This document shows, piece after piece, positions 1 to 10,108 of a stretch of 42,778 bases of DNA (its first letter is position 1; the number at the start of each line of letters is the position of its first letter). The notes beneath the pieces were generated by a model. That model had not been told where the DNA came from and did no database searches. It saw only the letters and a program-made list of their open reading frames with translations. The DNA lies in sequence record SRR31156797_3857; one strand, written 5' to 3'. A program made the position numbers and the translations under genes.

Positions 1-622
1 GGCAGCGAATGTTGTATGGGAACGGCATAAAGTGCACATCTGACATTAAGCCAGTTCGACGCGCTTTGGTATTCAAGTTACCCATCATGCCCATAGTACC
101 GTTTGTCATACCATGGTATGCGCCACGGAACGCAAACATGGTATTGCGGCCAGTCGTTTGCTTAGCTAGCTTAATTGCGGCTTCTACTGCATCTGCACCT
201 GAAGGGCCTGTGAATTGAATTACACAGTTATCACCTAACTCTGAAGGTAAGAACCCTTTCACTGCTTTGATGAAGTCTGTTTTAGACTTGGTCGCAATAT
301 CAAGCGTCTGGTACGGTAGACCTGAGTCTAGCTGTTGTTTGAGCGCCTGATTAATCTCAGGATGGTTATAACCTAGCGCCAGCGTACCCGCACCGGCCAA
401 ACAATCTAGGAAGATTTGGCCACGAGTATCTTCCACCAAACAGCCGTAAGCTTGTTTGATAGCGATAGGTAAACGACGTGGGTATGACCGTACTTCAGAC
501 TCATGTTCTGCTTGTTCAAGGAGAACTTCATCGGGAGTAAGATCGTAAACACCGTCTACGACTGGAATCTGGTTTGAAATTGCGGTTGCGATAGTGTTAT
601 CGACTTCAAAGGCTGTACTCAT
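1..622 (-). CDS. dat: Diaminobutyrate--2-oxoglutarate aminotransferase (N-terminal part, probably of the Vibrio DABA aminotransferase/decarboxylase fusion for norspermidine synthesis); runs off the window start
   Basis: Not in the ORF track. Manual translation from ATG 622 (SD AAGGGGA) gives MSTAFEVDN...ESEVRSYPRRLPIAI...FLDCLAGAGTLALGYNHP...QFTGPSGADAVEAAIKLAK...FRGAYHGMT, which are class-III PLP aminotransferase (Dat/EctB-like) motifs. Confidence 0.9.
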   Translation of the reverse strand, partial: MSTAFEVDNTIATAISNQIPVVDGVYDLTPDEVLLEQAEHESEVRSYPRRLPIAIKQAYGCLVEDTRGQIFLDCLAGAGTLALGYNHPEINQALKQQLDSGLPYQTLDIATKSKTDFIKAVKGFLPSELGDNCVIQFTGPSGADAVEAAIKLAKQTTGRNTMFAFRGAYHGMTNGTMGMMGNLNTKARRTGLMSDVHFMPFPYNIRC

Positions 623-1016
623 CTTAGTCCCCTTGAAAAGTGTAAATTTCTGTTCATTTCTCTACGCTGACTTAAATAAGAGAAACGACAAATAGCAAAA
701 CGTTCCGTCTGTAAAACACAGATACGGAATAACGGGCCATCTTTTTTTGATAGCAATTAACTAAAACAGAGGATCAAGGTTCTGTAATGCTGCTGTTTTC
801 ATAAACAGGGCATTCTGGAAGTACAAAGCTGATTACTGGTTGTAGTTTAAATGAATTCAATGTTGGGTTTCCCATTAATATGCTGTTCCCACAGCATTAA
901 GTATCCCGTCTATCAACAAAAAGGTTTTGCTGATACCTACCCTACGTAATGTCACAATCAGCCTGAATGGTCATTACGCGTATCCCCCAGAAACTCAGTC
1001 CGAGATTGGAGCGGAA

Positions 1017-1046
1017 ATTAACATAAACTTGATAGTTTTAGCAATA
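1017..1046 (-). promoter_or_regulatory. Candidate sigma-70 promoter for dat (TTGCTA ... TGtTAATTT, extended -10)
   Basis: The minus strand reads ttgctaaaactatcaagtttatgttaattt. It lies downstream of the adhesin terminator and implies a leader of about 390 nt. Confidence 0.4.
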
Positions 1047-1125
1047 AAAAATTGAATAAGAATATCGATCTTTCTTACAAAAAGAACATGCAACTGTGAA
1101 GGATTGTTCGGTATATAAACGATAC

Positions 1126-1157
1126 AAAAAAGAAAGCCCTTGCATGGCAAGGGCTTT
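1126..1157 (-). terminator. Rho-independent terminator of the adhesin gene
   Basis: Stem aaagcccttgc-atg-gcaagggcttt followed by a T-run on the minus strand. Confidence 0.85.
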
Positions 1158-1180
1158 GAGCTGAGTAGTAATAATTGCTG

Positions 1181-3367
1181 TTAAACTGGTTCGTTAGTTT
1201 TCAGAACATCATTCAAAAATGCTGTAGCATCAAAGCCACCACCTGTATCATATAAACTCATATCGACATCTTCTATTACAACGACCTGCATCTCACCGTC
1301 ATTACTTTCGACCGACAACGTGACACTATCAGCATCATTGCCAACCTGTAGTTTTCCACTATCGAGCAATACTTCAATATCATCTGATGTTGAGTCTTCA
1401 GTCAGAATAGAACCGATTTCTAAGCTGTCCTTACCTACCTCGAAGTTTTTAACGGTATCAGTACTATTATCTAATACATTATCAAGCCAAATGAACACAT
1501 TAGCTTGTTCATCGCCTTCTAATGTTTCATTACCTAATGTAGCAGATACGTTGTTGGTCTCCTCATCAGGTGAGATTGTTTGATTCACATAATCTAAAGT
1601 TACCGTTTTCTCTTCGCTTTCAGCTCCCATTGAGTCAACAACGTAATAGGTAAAATTCTGGTCTTCATCAACTGCAGGCTCTTCACCTCCAAAGCTACTA
1701 ACCACATAATTCGAACCCGTAGTAGTTGTTGTAAAATCAACTCCAACAATCGTTGTACCATCATCGGCCTTATAACTGATAGTCAAAGTATTTGTAGCCT
1801 CATCATAATAAGTACCTTCACTATCTGTTGTGTATTGCATTTCAACAGTAGTTGGTTCAGTCTCTCCATCGGCTAAAACACTGAAGTAAACGGTAGCACC
1901 ATGTTCGGATGGGTTTATGCCCTGCAAACTAAAAGTTACAGTCTCAAGTTCATTTTCAGAAAGGTTAACAGACAAGGTTTCGAATTTATTGATCCCCCCA
2001 CCAGCACCTCCGCCCTCGCCTTCAGCCACTCCATACCCAGTGCCACTATTTGTGGAGCCATTCGCTGTTAGAAACTTAACATTTGCCTCTTTGTCATGAT
2101 GCCAGCCTGTTAATACACTTTCAGCGTTATCACTGTTCAAAGTGAAAACTCCATCATCAGGAAGGTAGGATATGTTGTTAGGATCAAACTGATTTCCGTT
2201 ATCAATATCAGCCTGTTTAATTTCGACGGGGTCATTGTCACCTTCTGTGTACCATAACGTTCCGCTTTCTGGGAGGGAGGTTAATACCACATAAAGTTCT
2301 TGACTCGTGATCACGTCTTGATACGGATCGCTAAGGTCAGGTCCAGTTGCCAAGTAATCCACATCTTCATCTGAAATATAGTCGTTATCAGCACCAAACT
2401 CAGTGTCAAAAATGATTGGTATCGAGTCAGTGCCTTCTACGTTAATTGTAAAGTTTTCAGCTTGTGGAGCCTCGTTCACATTGCGTTCAAATAACTTAAC
2501 GTCCGCAATTACTGGTTCATTAATTCCGTCACTTACAGATACTTGAATAACAAAATCATTATCCATATCTTCATAATTCGGCTTCCAATCACCATCCTCG
2601 TCATATACGAGAGTAATGACACCAGTATTAGGATCGATCTCTAAGAAGTCATATCCTTCTCCCACAAAAGAATATTCCAGGCTATCACCAGCATCAGTAT
2701 CCTCCGCTTGGACCTGACCAATTACAGTTCCACTCGGTGTATTTTCGTCATAATAGAAAGCATACTGCGCTATAATCGAGTCTTCTCCTTCAGGCTCGAT
2801 TAGGGGTGTGAACGAATTACCATCGTCATCATCGTCATCGGTTGTGTATTCCGTACCGACAAAATAAGGTGGGGTATTCTCATCCTGAACTATAAAAGGA
2901 GGTTCATCTTCTAATGCTGACAAGATTGGTGGTTCATCTTCTACCAAATCTTCATTCAGGCTCTGCGTTTCGCTTAAGCTCTGACGTGAATATCCGGAAG
3001 TGCTGAACGCTGTAGCAGCGATGAGACTAGCAAGTTGCATGATGACGGTACCACTGTTACCTAATGCGGACCCATTTGCCCCACCAGCGGCGGTTGCTTG
3101 ATCTTCATTAAGTGTCGGGTCAGCCCCTTGCTCTAATTGCCCAATGATCTGAGCAATTTCGTCATCAAAATTTAAGTTTAGTGCACCTTGCTCACTTCCC
3201 GGAACTTCTTCCGCCGTCACTTGAGGATTGGCTCCATCTCCGACGGTCACGACAACTTCACCAGGCGCAGGCACTGCACCAGCTGCGAGTTCACGAATCT
3301 GACCTTGCCTATCGATAACCAAAGTGGCATTAGCAAGCATAAATTGGCTAAAAGTACGTGCGTCCAT
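1181..3367 (-). CDS. Retention-module (LapA-like) T1SS-secreted adhesin with a cadherin-like domain and a C-terminal T1SS target domain
   Basis: Start revised to MDARTFSQF (SD GGGAG). N-terminal DDEIAQIIGQLEQGADPT...ATAAG retention motif; cadherin motifs DENTPSGTVIGQVQAEDTD, LEIDPNTGVITL and NVNEAP; C-terminal ANVFIW...DTVKNFEVGKDSLEI. Very acidic. Confidence 0.85.
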   Translation of the reverse strand: MDARTFSQFMLANATLVIDRQGQIRELAAGAVPAPGEVVVTVGDGANPQVTAEEVPGSEQGALNLNFDDEIAQIIGQLEQGADPTLNEDQATAAGGANGSALGNSGTVIMQLASLIAATAFSTSGYSRQSLSETQSLNEDLVEDEPPILSALEDEPPFIVQDENTPPYFVGTEYTTDDDDDDGNSFTPLIEPEGEDSIIAQYAFYYDENTPSGTVIGQVQAEDTDAGDSLEYSFVGEGYDFLEIDPNTGVITLVYDEDGDWKPNYEDMDNDFVIQVSVSDGINEPVIADVKLFERNVNEAPQAENFTINVEGTDSIPIIFDTEFGADNDYISDEDVDYLATGPDLSDPYQDVITSQELYVVLTSLPESGTLWYTEGDNDPVEIKQADIDNGNQFDPNNISYLPDDGVFTLNSDNAESVLTGWHHDKEANVKFLTANGSTNSGTGYGVAEGEGGGAGGGINKFETLSVNLSENELETVTFSLQGINPSEHGATVYFSVLADGETEPTTVEMQYTTDSEGTYYDEATNTLTISYKADDGTTIVGVDFTTTTTGSNYVVSSFGGEEPAVDEDQNFTYYVVDSMGAESEEKTVTLDYVNQTISPDEETNNVSATLGNETLEGDEQANVFIWLDNVLDNSTDTVKNFEVGKDSLEIGSILTEDSTSDDIEVLLDSGKLQVGNDADSVTLSVESNDGEMQVVVIEDVDMSLYDTGGGFDATAFLNDVLKTNEPV

Positions 3368-3692
3368 ATTGTGCTCCCATGAGCCTGTCTCAGCTCTGTG
3401 GCCTACGCTACGCCCCCCAAAAAATGCGCAGCTTCCCATGCTTTAACGTTAGTTGGTGGCTGCTTAAGCATCAACTAAATTACTAGCACTACAGCCTCTA
3501 CAATGACTAAGGTATCAATAAATAAGGAAAATAATCGTTGGTACTTTTTTGCACTAAGCTCTCACTTTTTATGTTTATAAACTAATATAACTTTAACTAT
3601 ATAACTATCTATAACAGCTCAAAACTAAACCAAAAGAATTAACAACATCATTGGTCTGGTACGAAATAATTCGAACTATAAGGAGCGTCATA

Positions 3693-5006
3693 GTGAAACA
3701 GCAACTTTCATTTCTAGCTGGATGCTTGCTCGTATTATCTGCCCCAGCTTCATCTCAAACACTTGAGCAAGCCGTTGCCATCGCATTAGCAACTAATCCT
3801 GAAATCAAGAGCAGTTACAACCAATATGTAAGCTCTGTTAAAGAGAGTGACGCTTCCGGAGGTAACTATCTACCGACTATCGATTTAGATGCGGGGATTG
3901 GCTACGAAGGTATTCGGCCTGCTTCGTCAACTGGACGAGATGACACCGATTTAACCCGTAAAGAGGCCAGTATCATCCTTAACCAACTCCTATGGGATGG
4001 TAACGGTACACTTAACGATATGGACAGAACCGCGGCTGAAGCAGAGTCGACTCGGTTGCAACTTTTAGATGACGCATCAAATTTGGCACTTCAAGTGACC
4101 GATGTGTACTTAGCTGCTGTCAAGGCGACTGAGATTTTGGCTTTATCTGAAAGTAACCTCTCCGTTCATATCGACATCTATCGCGATATTAAACGCCGTG
4201 TAGATTCTGGAATTGGGTCGACAGCTGACTTAACACAAGTAGAAGCACGGATTGCCAAAGCGCAAGGTAACCTACTCGCAGCACAAAACAATCTGTTTGA
4301 TACTCATACTCAGTTTCGCCGATTAGTTGGCCAAGAGCCTTTAGGCCTTATTTATCCGCGAGCCGATGAATCAAAAATCCCGTTATCGCTCTCGGATGCG
4401 TTAGTAGAAGCGTTTGATAGCCACCCAGTGATCAAAATAGCCAATGCCGATGTGGACGCAGCGCGATTCCAATACAAGCAGTCAAAAGCCCCCTATTACC
4501 CAACGTTTTCCATCGAAGCTCGCCAAACTTGGCGTGATGATGCCGGTGGTTATGAAGGGAATGCGGATGAAACCGTCGCTATGCTTCGCATGAACTACAA
4601 CATATTCAATGGCGGTAGTGACAGTGACCTCAGTGAAAGCGCGGCATATCAACTCAATAAATCAAAAGACTTACGTGATAACGCTTATCGTCAAATTGAG
4701 GAAAGCCTACGCCTATCCTGGAGTGCGCTTGACTTAACTCTCCAACAGAAAAACTTTTTAGCCGACCACGTTGACTCATCGGCAGAAACCGTCGTCGCCT
4801 ATGAGAAGCAGTATGGGATTGGCCAGCGAACACTACTGGACTTGCTAAACACCGAAAACGAGCTGTTCGAAGCGCGCAAGGAGTACTTAGATGCACACTA
4901 TGCTGAGCAGTACGCTAAGTATCGAGTGATGAACGCGACAGGTGTTCTTATCGACGCACTGTTGGTTGATATCCCTCAAGAATGGACGACGGAAGTGGAG
5001 TACTAA
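3693..5006 (+). CDS. TolC-family outer membrane protein (LapE/AggA-like T1SS channel)
   Basis: GTG start after SD AAGGAG; signal peptide; QTLEQAVAIALATNPEI, YLPTIDL and GQRTLLDLLNTENELF motifs. Confidence 0.92.
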   Translation: MKQQLSFLAGCLLVLSAPASSQTLEQAVAIALATNPEIKSSYNQYVSSVKESDASGGNYLPTIDLDAGIGYEGIRPASSTGRDDTDLTRKEASIILNQLLWDGNGTLNDMDRTAAEAESTRLQLLDDASNLALQVTDVYLAAVKATEILALSESNLSVHIDIYRDIKRRVDSGIGSTADLTQVEARIAKAQGNLLAAQNNLFDTHTQFRRLVGQEPLGLIYPRADESKIPLSLSDALVEAFDSHPVIKIANADVDAARFQYKQSKAPYYPTFSIEARQTWRDDAGGYEGNADETVAMLRMNYNIFNGGSDSDLSESAAYQLNKSKDLRDNAYRQIEESLRLSWSALDLTLQQKNFLADHVDSSAETVVAYEKQYGIGQRTLLDLLNTENELFEARKEYLDAHYAEQYAKYRVMNATGVLIDALLVDIPQEWTTEVEY

Positions 5007-5008
5007 TA

Positions 5009-5626
5009 ATGAACAAAAGCACTCTATTAATAGCAATCCTAACCACATTGGTCACTAGTGCTCCAGTCATGAGTGAGGATGAGTACCAATACAAGGAAAC
5101 GCCAACCGCGAATCAAATTGCTGATTTGCAAGATGACGACCAAGATGGCGTTGTGAATGCACGCGATATCTGTCCGGGAACCCCTGCCGGATCACAAGTC
5201 GATAATGATGGCTGTGGAGAAATTCGTCGTGAGCAGGATCTGCGTCAATTACGCATCCTTTTCGCTCACGATTCGTATGAAATTAATCCGGTGTTCGCCA
5301 ACCAAATTCAAACCATGTCTGATTTTTTGAAAACCTATAAGTCGGCATCCATTGAGATCCAAGGCTACACCAGTAAAGTGGGTACCAATGAGTACAACTT
5401 AGATCTATCGAAAAAACGGGCAGAAGCCGTTGAGCAAAAGCTACTCTCATACGATATCGACTCTAAACGAGTGAGAATCATTGGTTATGGTGAAACACGT
5501 TTGGAAGATGAAGGCGATGACCCCGCAGCACACGCGATAAACCGAAAAGTGACCGCTACTGTGGTCGGACTTAAAGAGAAAGTAATCGAAGAATGGACGA
5601 TATTCTCCACCCTAGAAAAACGGTGA
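5009..5626 (+). CDS. OmpA-family peptidoglycan-binding protein with thrombospondin type-3-like Ca-binding repeat
   Basis: DDDQDGVVNARDICPGTP; IEIQGYTS...YNLDLSKKRAEAV...GYGE...NRKV; start revised to MNKS. Confidence 0.9.
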   Translation: MNKSTLLIAILTTLVTSAPVMSEDEYQYKETPTANQIADLQDDDQDGVVNARDICPGTPAGSQVDNDGCGEIRREQDLRQLRILFAHDSYEINPVFANQIQTMSDFLKTYKSASIEIQGYTSKVGTNEYNLDLSKKRAEAVEQKLLSYDIDSKRVRIIGYGETRLEDEGDDPAAHAINRKVTATVVGLKEKVIEEWTIFSTLEKR

Positions 5627-5646
5627 CAACCGATCTAACCGCTTCA

Positions 5647-5682
5647 AAAGAGGCCTTTCGTAAATGAACAGGCCTCTTTTTT
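5647..5682. terminator. Bidirectional terminator between ompA-like and receiver-TPR genes
   Basis: aaaagaggcct ... aggcctctttttt between convergent genes. Confidence 0.75.
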
Positions 5683-5693
5683 ATCACTGAAAC

Positions 5694-7322
5694 TCACTTC
5701 GGGTTCATCGCGCTATGAACTTTTATCTGAACCTTTCGTTGCATCTTTTCAATCACTTTGACTTTAGGATGTGAAGGGTCCTGTTTCTCTAAGTTAGTAA
5801 TTAAAATCGACGCACTCTTTTTAAACTGAGACCAAAGCATATTTAAATTTTGACTGTCGTTAAGTTGATACTTAATCATGCCGTTAACAAAATCCAAATG
5901 GTGAGTGATTAGGCTTGGCATCTCATGAGAGCGAATGGCGAGAGGTTCCACCATCTGGCCTTTGGATTCCAACTGAATCGCTAATGCAAGTCGAGACTGT
6001 TTATCTTGCTTTAGCTCATCCAATTTTTGGTACACAGTCAAAGCCACAGCGGCATCGATATTGTTGAGCTTTTTGAGGCTATCGGATTCCCTATCGACCC
6101 ACTCACTCACCTCATCAATGAACCCCATATAACAAGCCAGTGCTACCACTAATATTTTCCGATGCGGAAGACGCGTCCCTTCCCATATGTTGAGTAATCG
6201 ATTTAACGAACACACTGGATTGCCGGAAATGATTTCAGCAACCGTTTTATACAACTGCTTGGACACACTCAAATCGTCAACCTGATTGGACTGCGAATCT
6301 AAGAAACGATTCATCTTAGTCATCAGACGCTTGTTCGATACTGGGTTTCCACTTTTAATTGCGTGTACCACCTCTAACGCAAATCTCAACTCTTCCACAC
6401 AGAGCAGCTGCTCATCATTGGCGAAAAAGTTAGGATCAACACGTCTCAAACTGCTGTACGCGTTGTCATGGTCATTCGAAGCAACCAGTAAGTAGGCAAA
6501 ATTGATCGCCGCTTCAACCAAATGTGGATAACGCATGGTGATCTGCTCCAATATGCCTAAAGCTTGCTCTATATTGTTGTCGAGAATGGAGTTAAACGCG
6601 GTAATTTCAGAGATTAAGTGATGCTCAGGATAACCCATCACCTCGTATTCATGGGCCAGTTCTAACGCCGTGTCCTTGCTCCCGATTTGAGAATGGAGTT
6701 CTATCATCTTCAATAACACCCATTCGCTCGGATGCTCTAGGTGCAGAGCATCCAGAATCTGGAAAGCAGCACTGGTTTTATCCTGATTCAAATAGTAGTC
6801 AATGATGGTTTTGTTTAAATCAATCCGCCACTCAGGGTTCTTTTTCGATAGACGATCACAAACCAACTTCGCATGAGCCATATTACCTTGAGCCATATGG
6901 TGACTAATGGTGGTAAACGCCTGACGCTTTCTTAGGCTTTCATCCACAACATCTTTCAGTTGATTGTAATTAAAAGGCGTTTCAATGATGGCATCCGGAG
7001 CCATCGCTACAACTTGTAATCGTTCGGCTTCTTCCAACTTACCCGTGATAAACACAAACGCACAGTCACTAGAAAAACACGAACATTGTTGATACAAATG
7101 CTTGTACTTAGTACCGACAACACGTCCTTTAGACAGGTAATTACAGATGATCAGGTGATAGGTGTGACTCTTAATCAGGCGATTAAAGGTGATAAAGTTG
7201 GTCGCCTTATGAACATTGCCTTCAGCAAATCCCATGTTCTTAAGCATGTTGCTCATATAGGAGAGAAGAACCAACTGCTCTTCTACAATAATGACCTTCA
7301 GGTTTTTTGTATCTACTGCCAT
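5694..7322 (-). CDS. Atypical response-regulator receiver domain plus TPR-like helical domain protein
   Basis: N-terminal KVIIVEE...HLIICNY...FVFITG...PDAIIETPF receiver pattern followed by about 400 aa of helical repeats. Confidence 0.7.
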   Translation of the reverse strand: MAVDTKNLKVIIVEEQLVLLSYMSNMLKNMGFAEGNVHKATNFITFNRLIKSHTYHLIICNYLSKGRVVGTKYKHLYQQCSCFSSDCAFVFITGKLEEAERLQVVAMAPDAIIETPFNYNQLKDVVDESLRKRQAFTTISHHMAQGNMAHAKLVCDRLSKKNPEWRIDLNKTIIDYYLNQDKTSAAFQILDALHLEHPSEWVLLKMIELHSQIGSKDTALELAHEYEVMGYPEHHLISEITAFNSILDNNIEQALGILEQITMRYPHLVEAAINFAYLLVASNDHDNAYSSLRRVDPNFFANDEQLLCVEELRFALEVVHAIKSGNPVSNKRLMTKMNRFLDSQSNQVDDLSVSKQLYKTVAEIISGNPVCSLNRLLNIWEGTRLPHRKILVVALACYMGFIDEVSEWVDRESDSLKKLNNIDAAVALTVYQKLDELKQDKQSRLALAIQLESKGQMVEPLAIRSHEMPSLITHHLDFVNGMIKYQLNDSQNLNMLWSQFKKSASILITNLEKQDPSHPKVKVIEKMQRKVQIKVHSAMNPK

Positions 7323-7511
7323 GAAAACGTCTAATTAGCGAAACAAAACGTTTCTTAATGTTAAGTCTATCGTTAGGGGCGCCTAATATTCCACGTCCTT
7401 GGGCACTTGGCAAGATACTAGATAGCGTTCACAAAAACCGCTGCATTTTACAATACGAATAGTCAAATACGCCTCTCAAATATGAACAAAACCATGTGAA
7501 CTTGGGGACAT

Positions 7512-7539
7512 AAAAAAACCTCAGCCGAAGCTGAGGTTT
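7512..7539 (-). terminator. nhaA terminator with cUUCGg loop
   Basis: Minus strand aaacctcagc-ttcg-gctgaggttttttt. Confidence 0.9.
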
Positions 7540-7559
7540 CATATACATCAGGTTGACAA

Positions 7560-8711
7560 TTACTGACTTGCTTTCTTTGGCAGTGAAATACGTAGCAAGA
7601 AATACCCCACAACAGCAGCCATGGTTGAACCCATCAAAATACCTAAACGTGCGTATCGATCGAACTCGACATTATCCATACCAAACGCCAGTGAAGAGAT
7701 AAAGATCGACATAGTAAAACCGATACCACACAGTACTGACACAGCAAAGATATGCTTCATACCAATGCCTTCCGGTAATCTTGCAACTCCCAGTTTTACC
7801 GCCGCCCAACTAAAGCTAAAGATACCTAGTGGTTTACCAATAAACAGACCTAAAGCGATACCCAGAGGCAGTGTTGATGTCAGAGCACTTAACGACACAC
7901 CTTCTAGAGAGATACCTGCATTGGCAAACGCGAACAGCGGCAAAATACCAAATGCGACATAGGAATGCAGACCATGCTCTAGATGTTTCAATGGAGAATG
8001 CTCTTTACCGTTACCTTTCAGTGGAATCGCAAAACCAATCACAACACCGGCTAATGTCGCGTGGACACCAGACTTAAGAACCGCAACCCACAGAATGAAA
8101 CCAACAATCAGATAAGCACTGATTTTGGTTACATGCTTAGCATTCATCACAAATAGGATCGCTGTCATTAAGAAGCCAACAGCCAACGCCATCGTTGATA
8201 AATCACCGCTGTAGAATAACGCGATGATAACAACAACACCTAAGTCATCGATGATCGCTAATGCTAGTAAGAACACTTTCAAGCTAACCGGAACTCGATT
8301 ACCCAGTAGTGCCATGATACCTAAAGCAAACGCAATGTCAGTTGCTGCAGGAATTGCCCAGCCCTGAATAGCCATAGGGTCTGCAGAGTTAAACAAAACA
8401 TAGACTAACGCTGGTGCAAGCATGCCACCCACCGCAGCGATAGCCGGGAAGATAGCCGTTTCACGAGACTTCAAAGCACCTTCAAGAAGCTCTCGCTTTA
8501 CTTCAAGACCAATCAACAAGAAGAAGATAGCCATCAGGCCATCGTTGATCCAGTGAGAAACAGACATACCAAGAATGTATGAATGCAGTACCGCCTGGTA
8601 AACTTCATTAAGCGGTGAGTTTGCGATTACCATAGCGATAGCCGCAGCAATTACTAGAATAATGCCACCAGCAGACTCCATTTTTAGAAAATCGCGAATG
8701 ATATCAGTCAT
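7560..8711 (-). CDS. nhaA: Na+/H+ antiporter NhaA
   Basis: [53 protein letters not shown] and [10 protein letters not shown] motifs. Confidence 0.98.
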   Translation of the reverse strand: MTDIIRDFLKMESAGGIILVIAAAIAMVIANSPLNEVYQAVLHSYILGMSVSHWINDGLMAIFFLLIGLEVKRELLEGALKSRETAIFPAIAAVGGMLAPALVYVLFNSADPMAIQGWAIPAATDIAFALGIMALLGNRVPVSLKVFLLALAIIDDLGVVVIIALFYSGDLSTMALAVGFLMTAILFVMNAKHVTKISAYLIVGFILWVAVLKSGVHATLAGVVIGFAIPLKGNGKEHSPLKHLEHGLHSYVAFGILPLFAFANAGISLEGVSLSALTSTLPLGIALGLFIGKPLGIFSFSWAAVKLGVARLPEGIGMKHIFAVSVLCGIGFTMSIFISSLAFGMDNVEFDRYARLGILMGSTMAAVVGYFLLRISLPKKASQ

Positions 8712-8808
8712 TATATCGTCCTTATAATTTCGTTATGTCGATAAATGATTACGAACAGATGGGCATCAGTGTAGTGATTGTTTTCACCCTTGAATAATCG
8801 CTTGTAAT

Positions 8809-8835
8809 GATTCGAAACATCGGTTTTTCCGAATC
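8809..8835. promoter_or_regulatory. Imperfect palindrome upstream of nhaA; candidate LysR-type (NhaR) operator
   Basis: gattcgaaacatcggtttttccgaatc. NhaR control of nhaA is established; this site assignment is inference. Confidence 0.3.
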
Positions 8836-8945
8836 AACCGACAATATTGGATATATATTCCGCATTAATTGCTATTTTTTAAGTATAGAGAAGAAACAAT
8901 TACAGAAACAATAGCAGTAGATAAAAACTCTGTGCTACAAAAATG

Positions 8946-8972
8946 AAAAAAAGGAGCTGATTGCTCCTTTTT
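8946..8972 (-). terminator. Terminator of the ABC/lipocalin operon
   Basis: aaaaaggagc-tgatt-gctccttttt. Confidence 0.8.
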
Positions 8973-8980
8973 GTTTATTT

Positions 8981-10108
8981 TTAATACCCTACAGACTGTA
9001 TGAAGCCTTTTACAGCATGACTACCCGTTGTGTGAACTGAACCTTGCCAATACGGTGTCGCGAATGGAAGCCATAAGTTGGGGTTATCAACGTGGGTCGT
9101 CAAATCAATATCATCGTTGGCAAGCGTAATACGCCATGCCATTGGCAGTGACTTTCCGTTTTCCAACTCAACATTATTCAGCGGGGTAATCGAAACATCG
9201 TCTCCAGTTAACGATATGACTCTACCATCTCGAGTTGACAGTGTCCCAAATACATAAGGTAACTCGGTGTCATGGCGCATACGCTTCAGCGACAAGGTCG
9301 TCTGCTCATCAAGGTTAATGACAAACCAATCCCAACCTTGCTGGCTATCGGCCATTAAACCACTGCCCCACTCTTTGCTCATCCATGCCGTACCTTTAAC
9401 ACTAATAGGTGTACTTCCCTGCTCTAGCTGAAGTTGCCCATACACCGATAAGTAAGGCGCTTGCATGTTATAGGTGGCAATGGGTAATGATGAATGCTTT
9501 TTCTGAAAACCGCGATTACCCGGCAAAATCAAACGACCATGATTATCATTGTACAATGAGACTGAGAATTGGTCGGATTTTACGTCAAGATGCCCGGGGA
9601 AAGCCGTTCTTCCAAGTGAACGCCAAGCCCAGTTATCGATCCAAACACGAAAAGGAGGATTATTTAACCCTGCCTGCCCTATGCCTCCTCGAGCGATACG
9701 TTGTTCTTTCCAGGTTCTCTTATCGGTAGAAATAGCGATATGAGAAGTGTAAATCTGAGAGTTACTCCAGCCTAGTGAATCACGCTTGTCAGCGTTTGCT
9801 AATCGAAAGTAACTCCACTGCACAAAATAGTGCTGCCCTTGATTATCGTAAACACTTGCAGCGTAGTTCCACCACTCATGCTGGAACCCTGAGTGAAACG
9901 CAAAATCAGCAGGCAGAACGACCGGGCGTTCAACCACAGGCTCTGGAGCCAATGTCGTGTCTGCCTGTAATATCTGTTTCACTTCATTTTCAACAACCAC
10001 AATATCTTCAGGTTGGTAAAATGTTCTGAGCACAATACTGACCACAGAAACAGCAGCAGCGAGTAAAAGAAAAGTTAAGGTGTACTTGAGTTTTACTTTT
10101 CTGATCAT
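8981..10108 (-). CDS. Lipocalin-like AttH/CrtC-family secreted protein
   Basis: LPADFAFHSGFQHEWW, GTAWMSKEWGS, QGWDWF, PMAWRI and PYWQG motifs; N-terminal membrane anchor; TAATG overlap with the permease. Confidence 0.8.
   Translation of the reverse strand: MIRKVKLKYTLTFLLLAAAVSVVSIVLRTFYQPEDIVVVENEVKQILQADTTLAPEPVVERPVVLPADFAFHSGFQHEWWNYAASVYDNQGQHYFVQWSYFRLANADKRDSLGWSNSQIYTSHIAISTDKRTWKEQRIARGGIGQAGLNNPPFRVWIDNWAWRSLGRTAFPGHLDVKSDQFSVSLYNDNHGRLILPGNRGFQKKHSSLPIATYNMQAPYLSVYGQLQLEQGSTPISVKGTAWMSKEWGSGLMADSQQGWDWFVINLDEQTTLSLKRMRHDTELPYVFGTLSTRDGRVISLTGDDVSITPLNNVELENGKSLPMAWRITLANDDIDLTTHVDNPNLWLPFATPYWQGSVHTTGSHAVKGFIQSVGY

Noticed and set aside
9-218. 69-aa plus-strand ORF
   Set aside because: Antisense shadow of the dat coding sequence.
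3368-3480. Possible c-di-GMP riboswitch upstream of the adhesin
   Set aside because: Hairpins are present, but the GEMM core (GGCAAACC / GACGCAAAG) is absent.
3576-3615. Repeated TATAAC units in the adhesin/tolC intergenic region
   Set aside because: Irregular spacing in AT-rich DNA; not distinguishable from overlapping -10 elements or chance.
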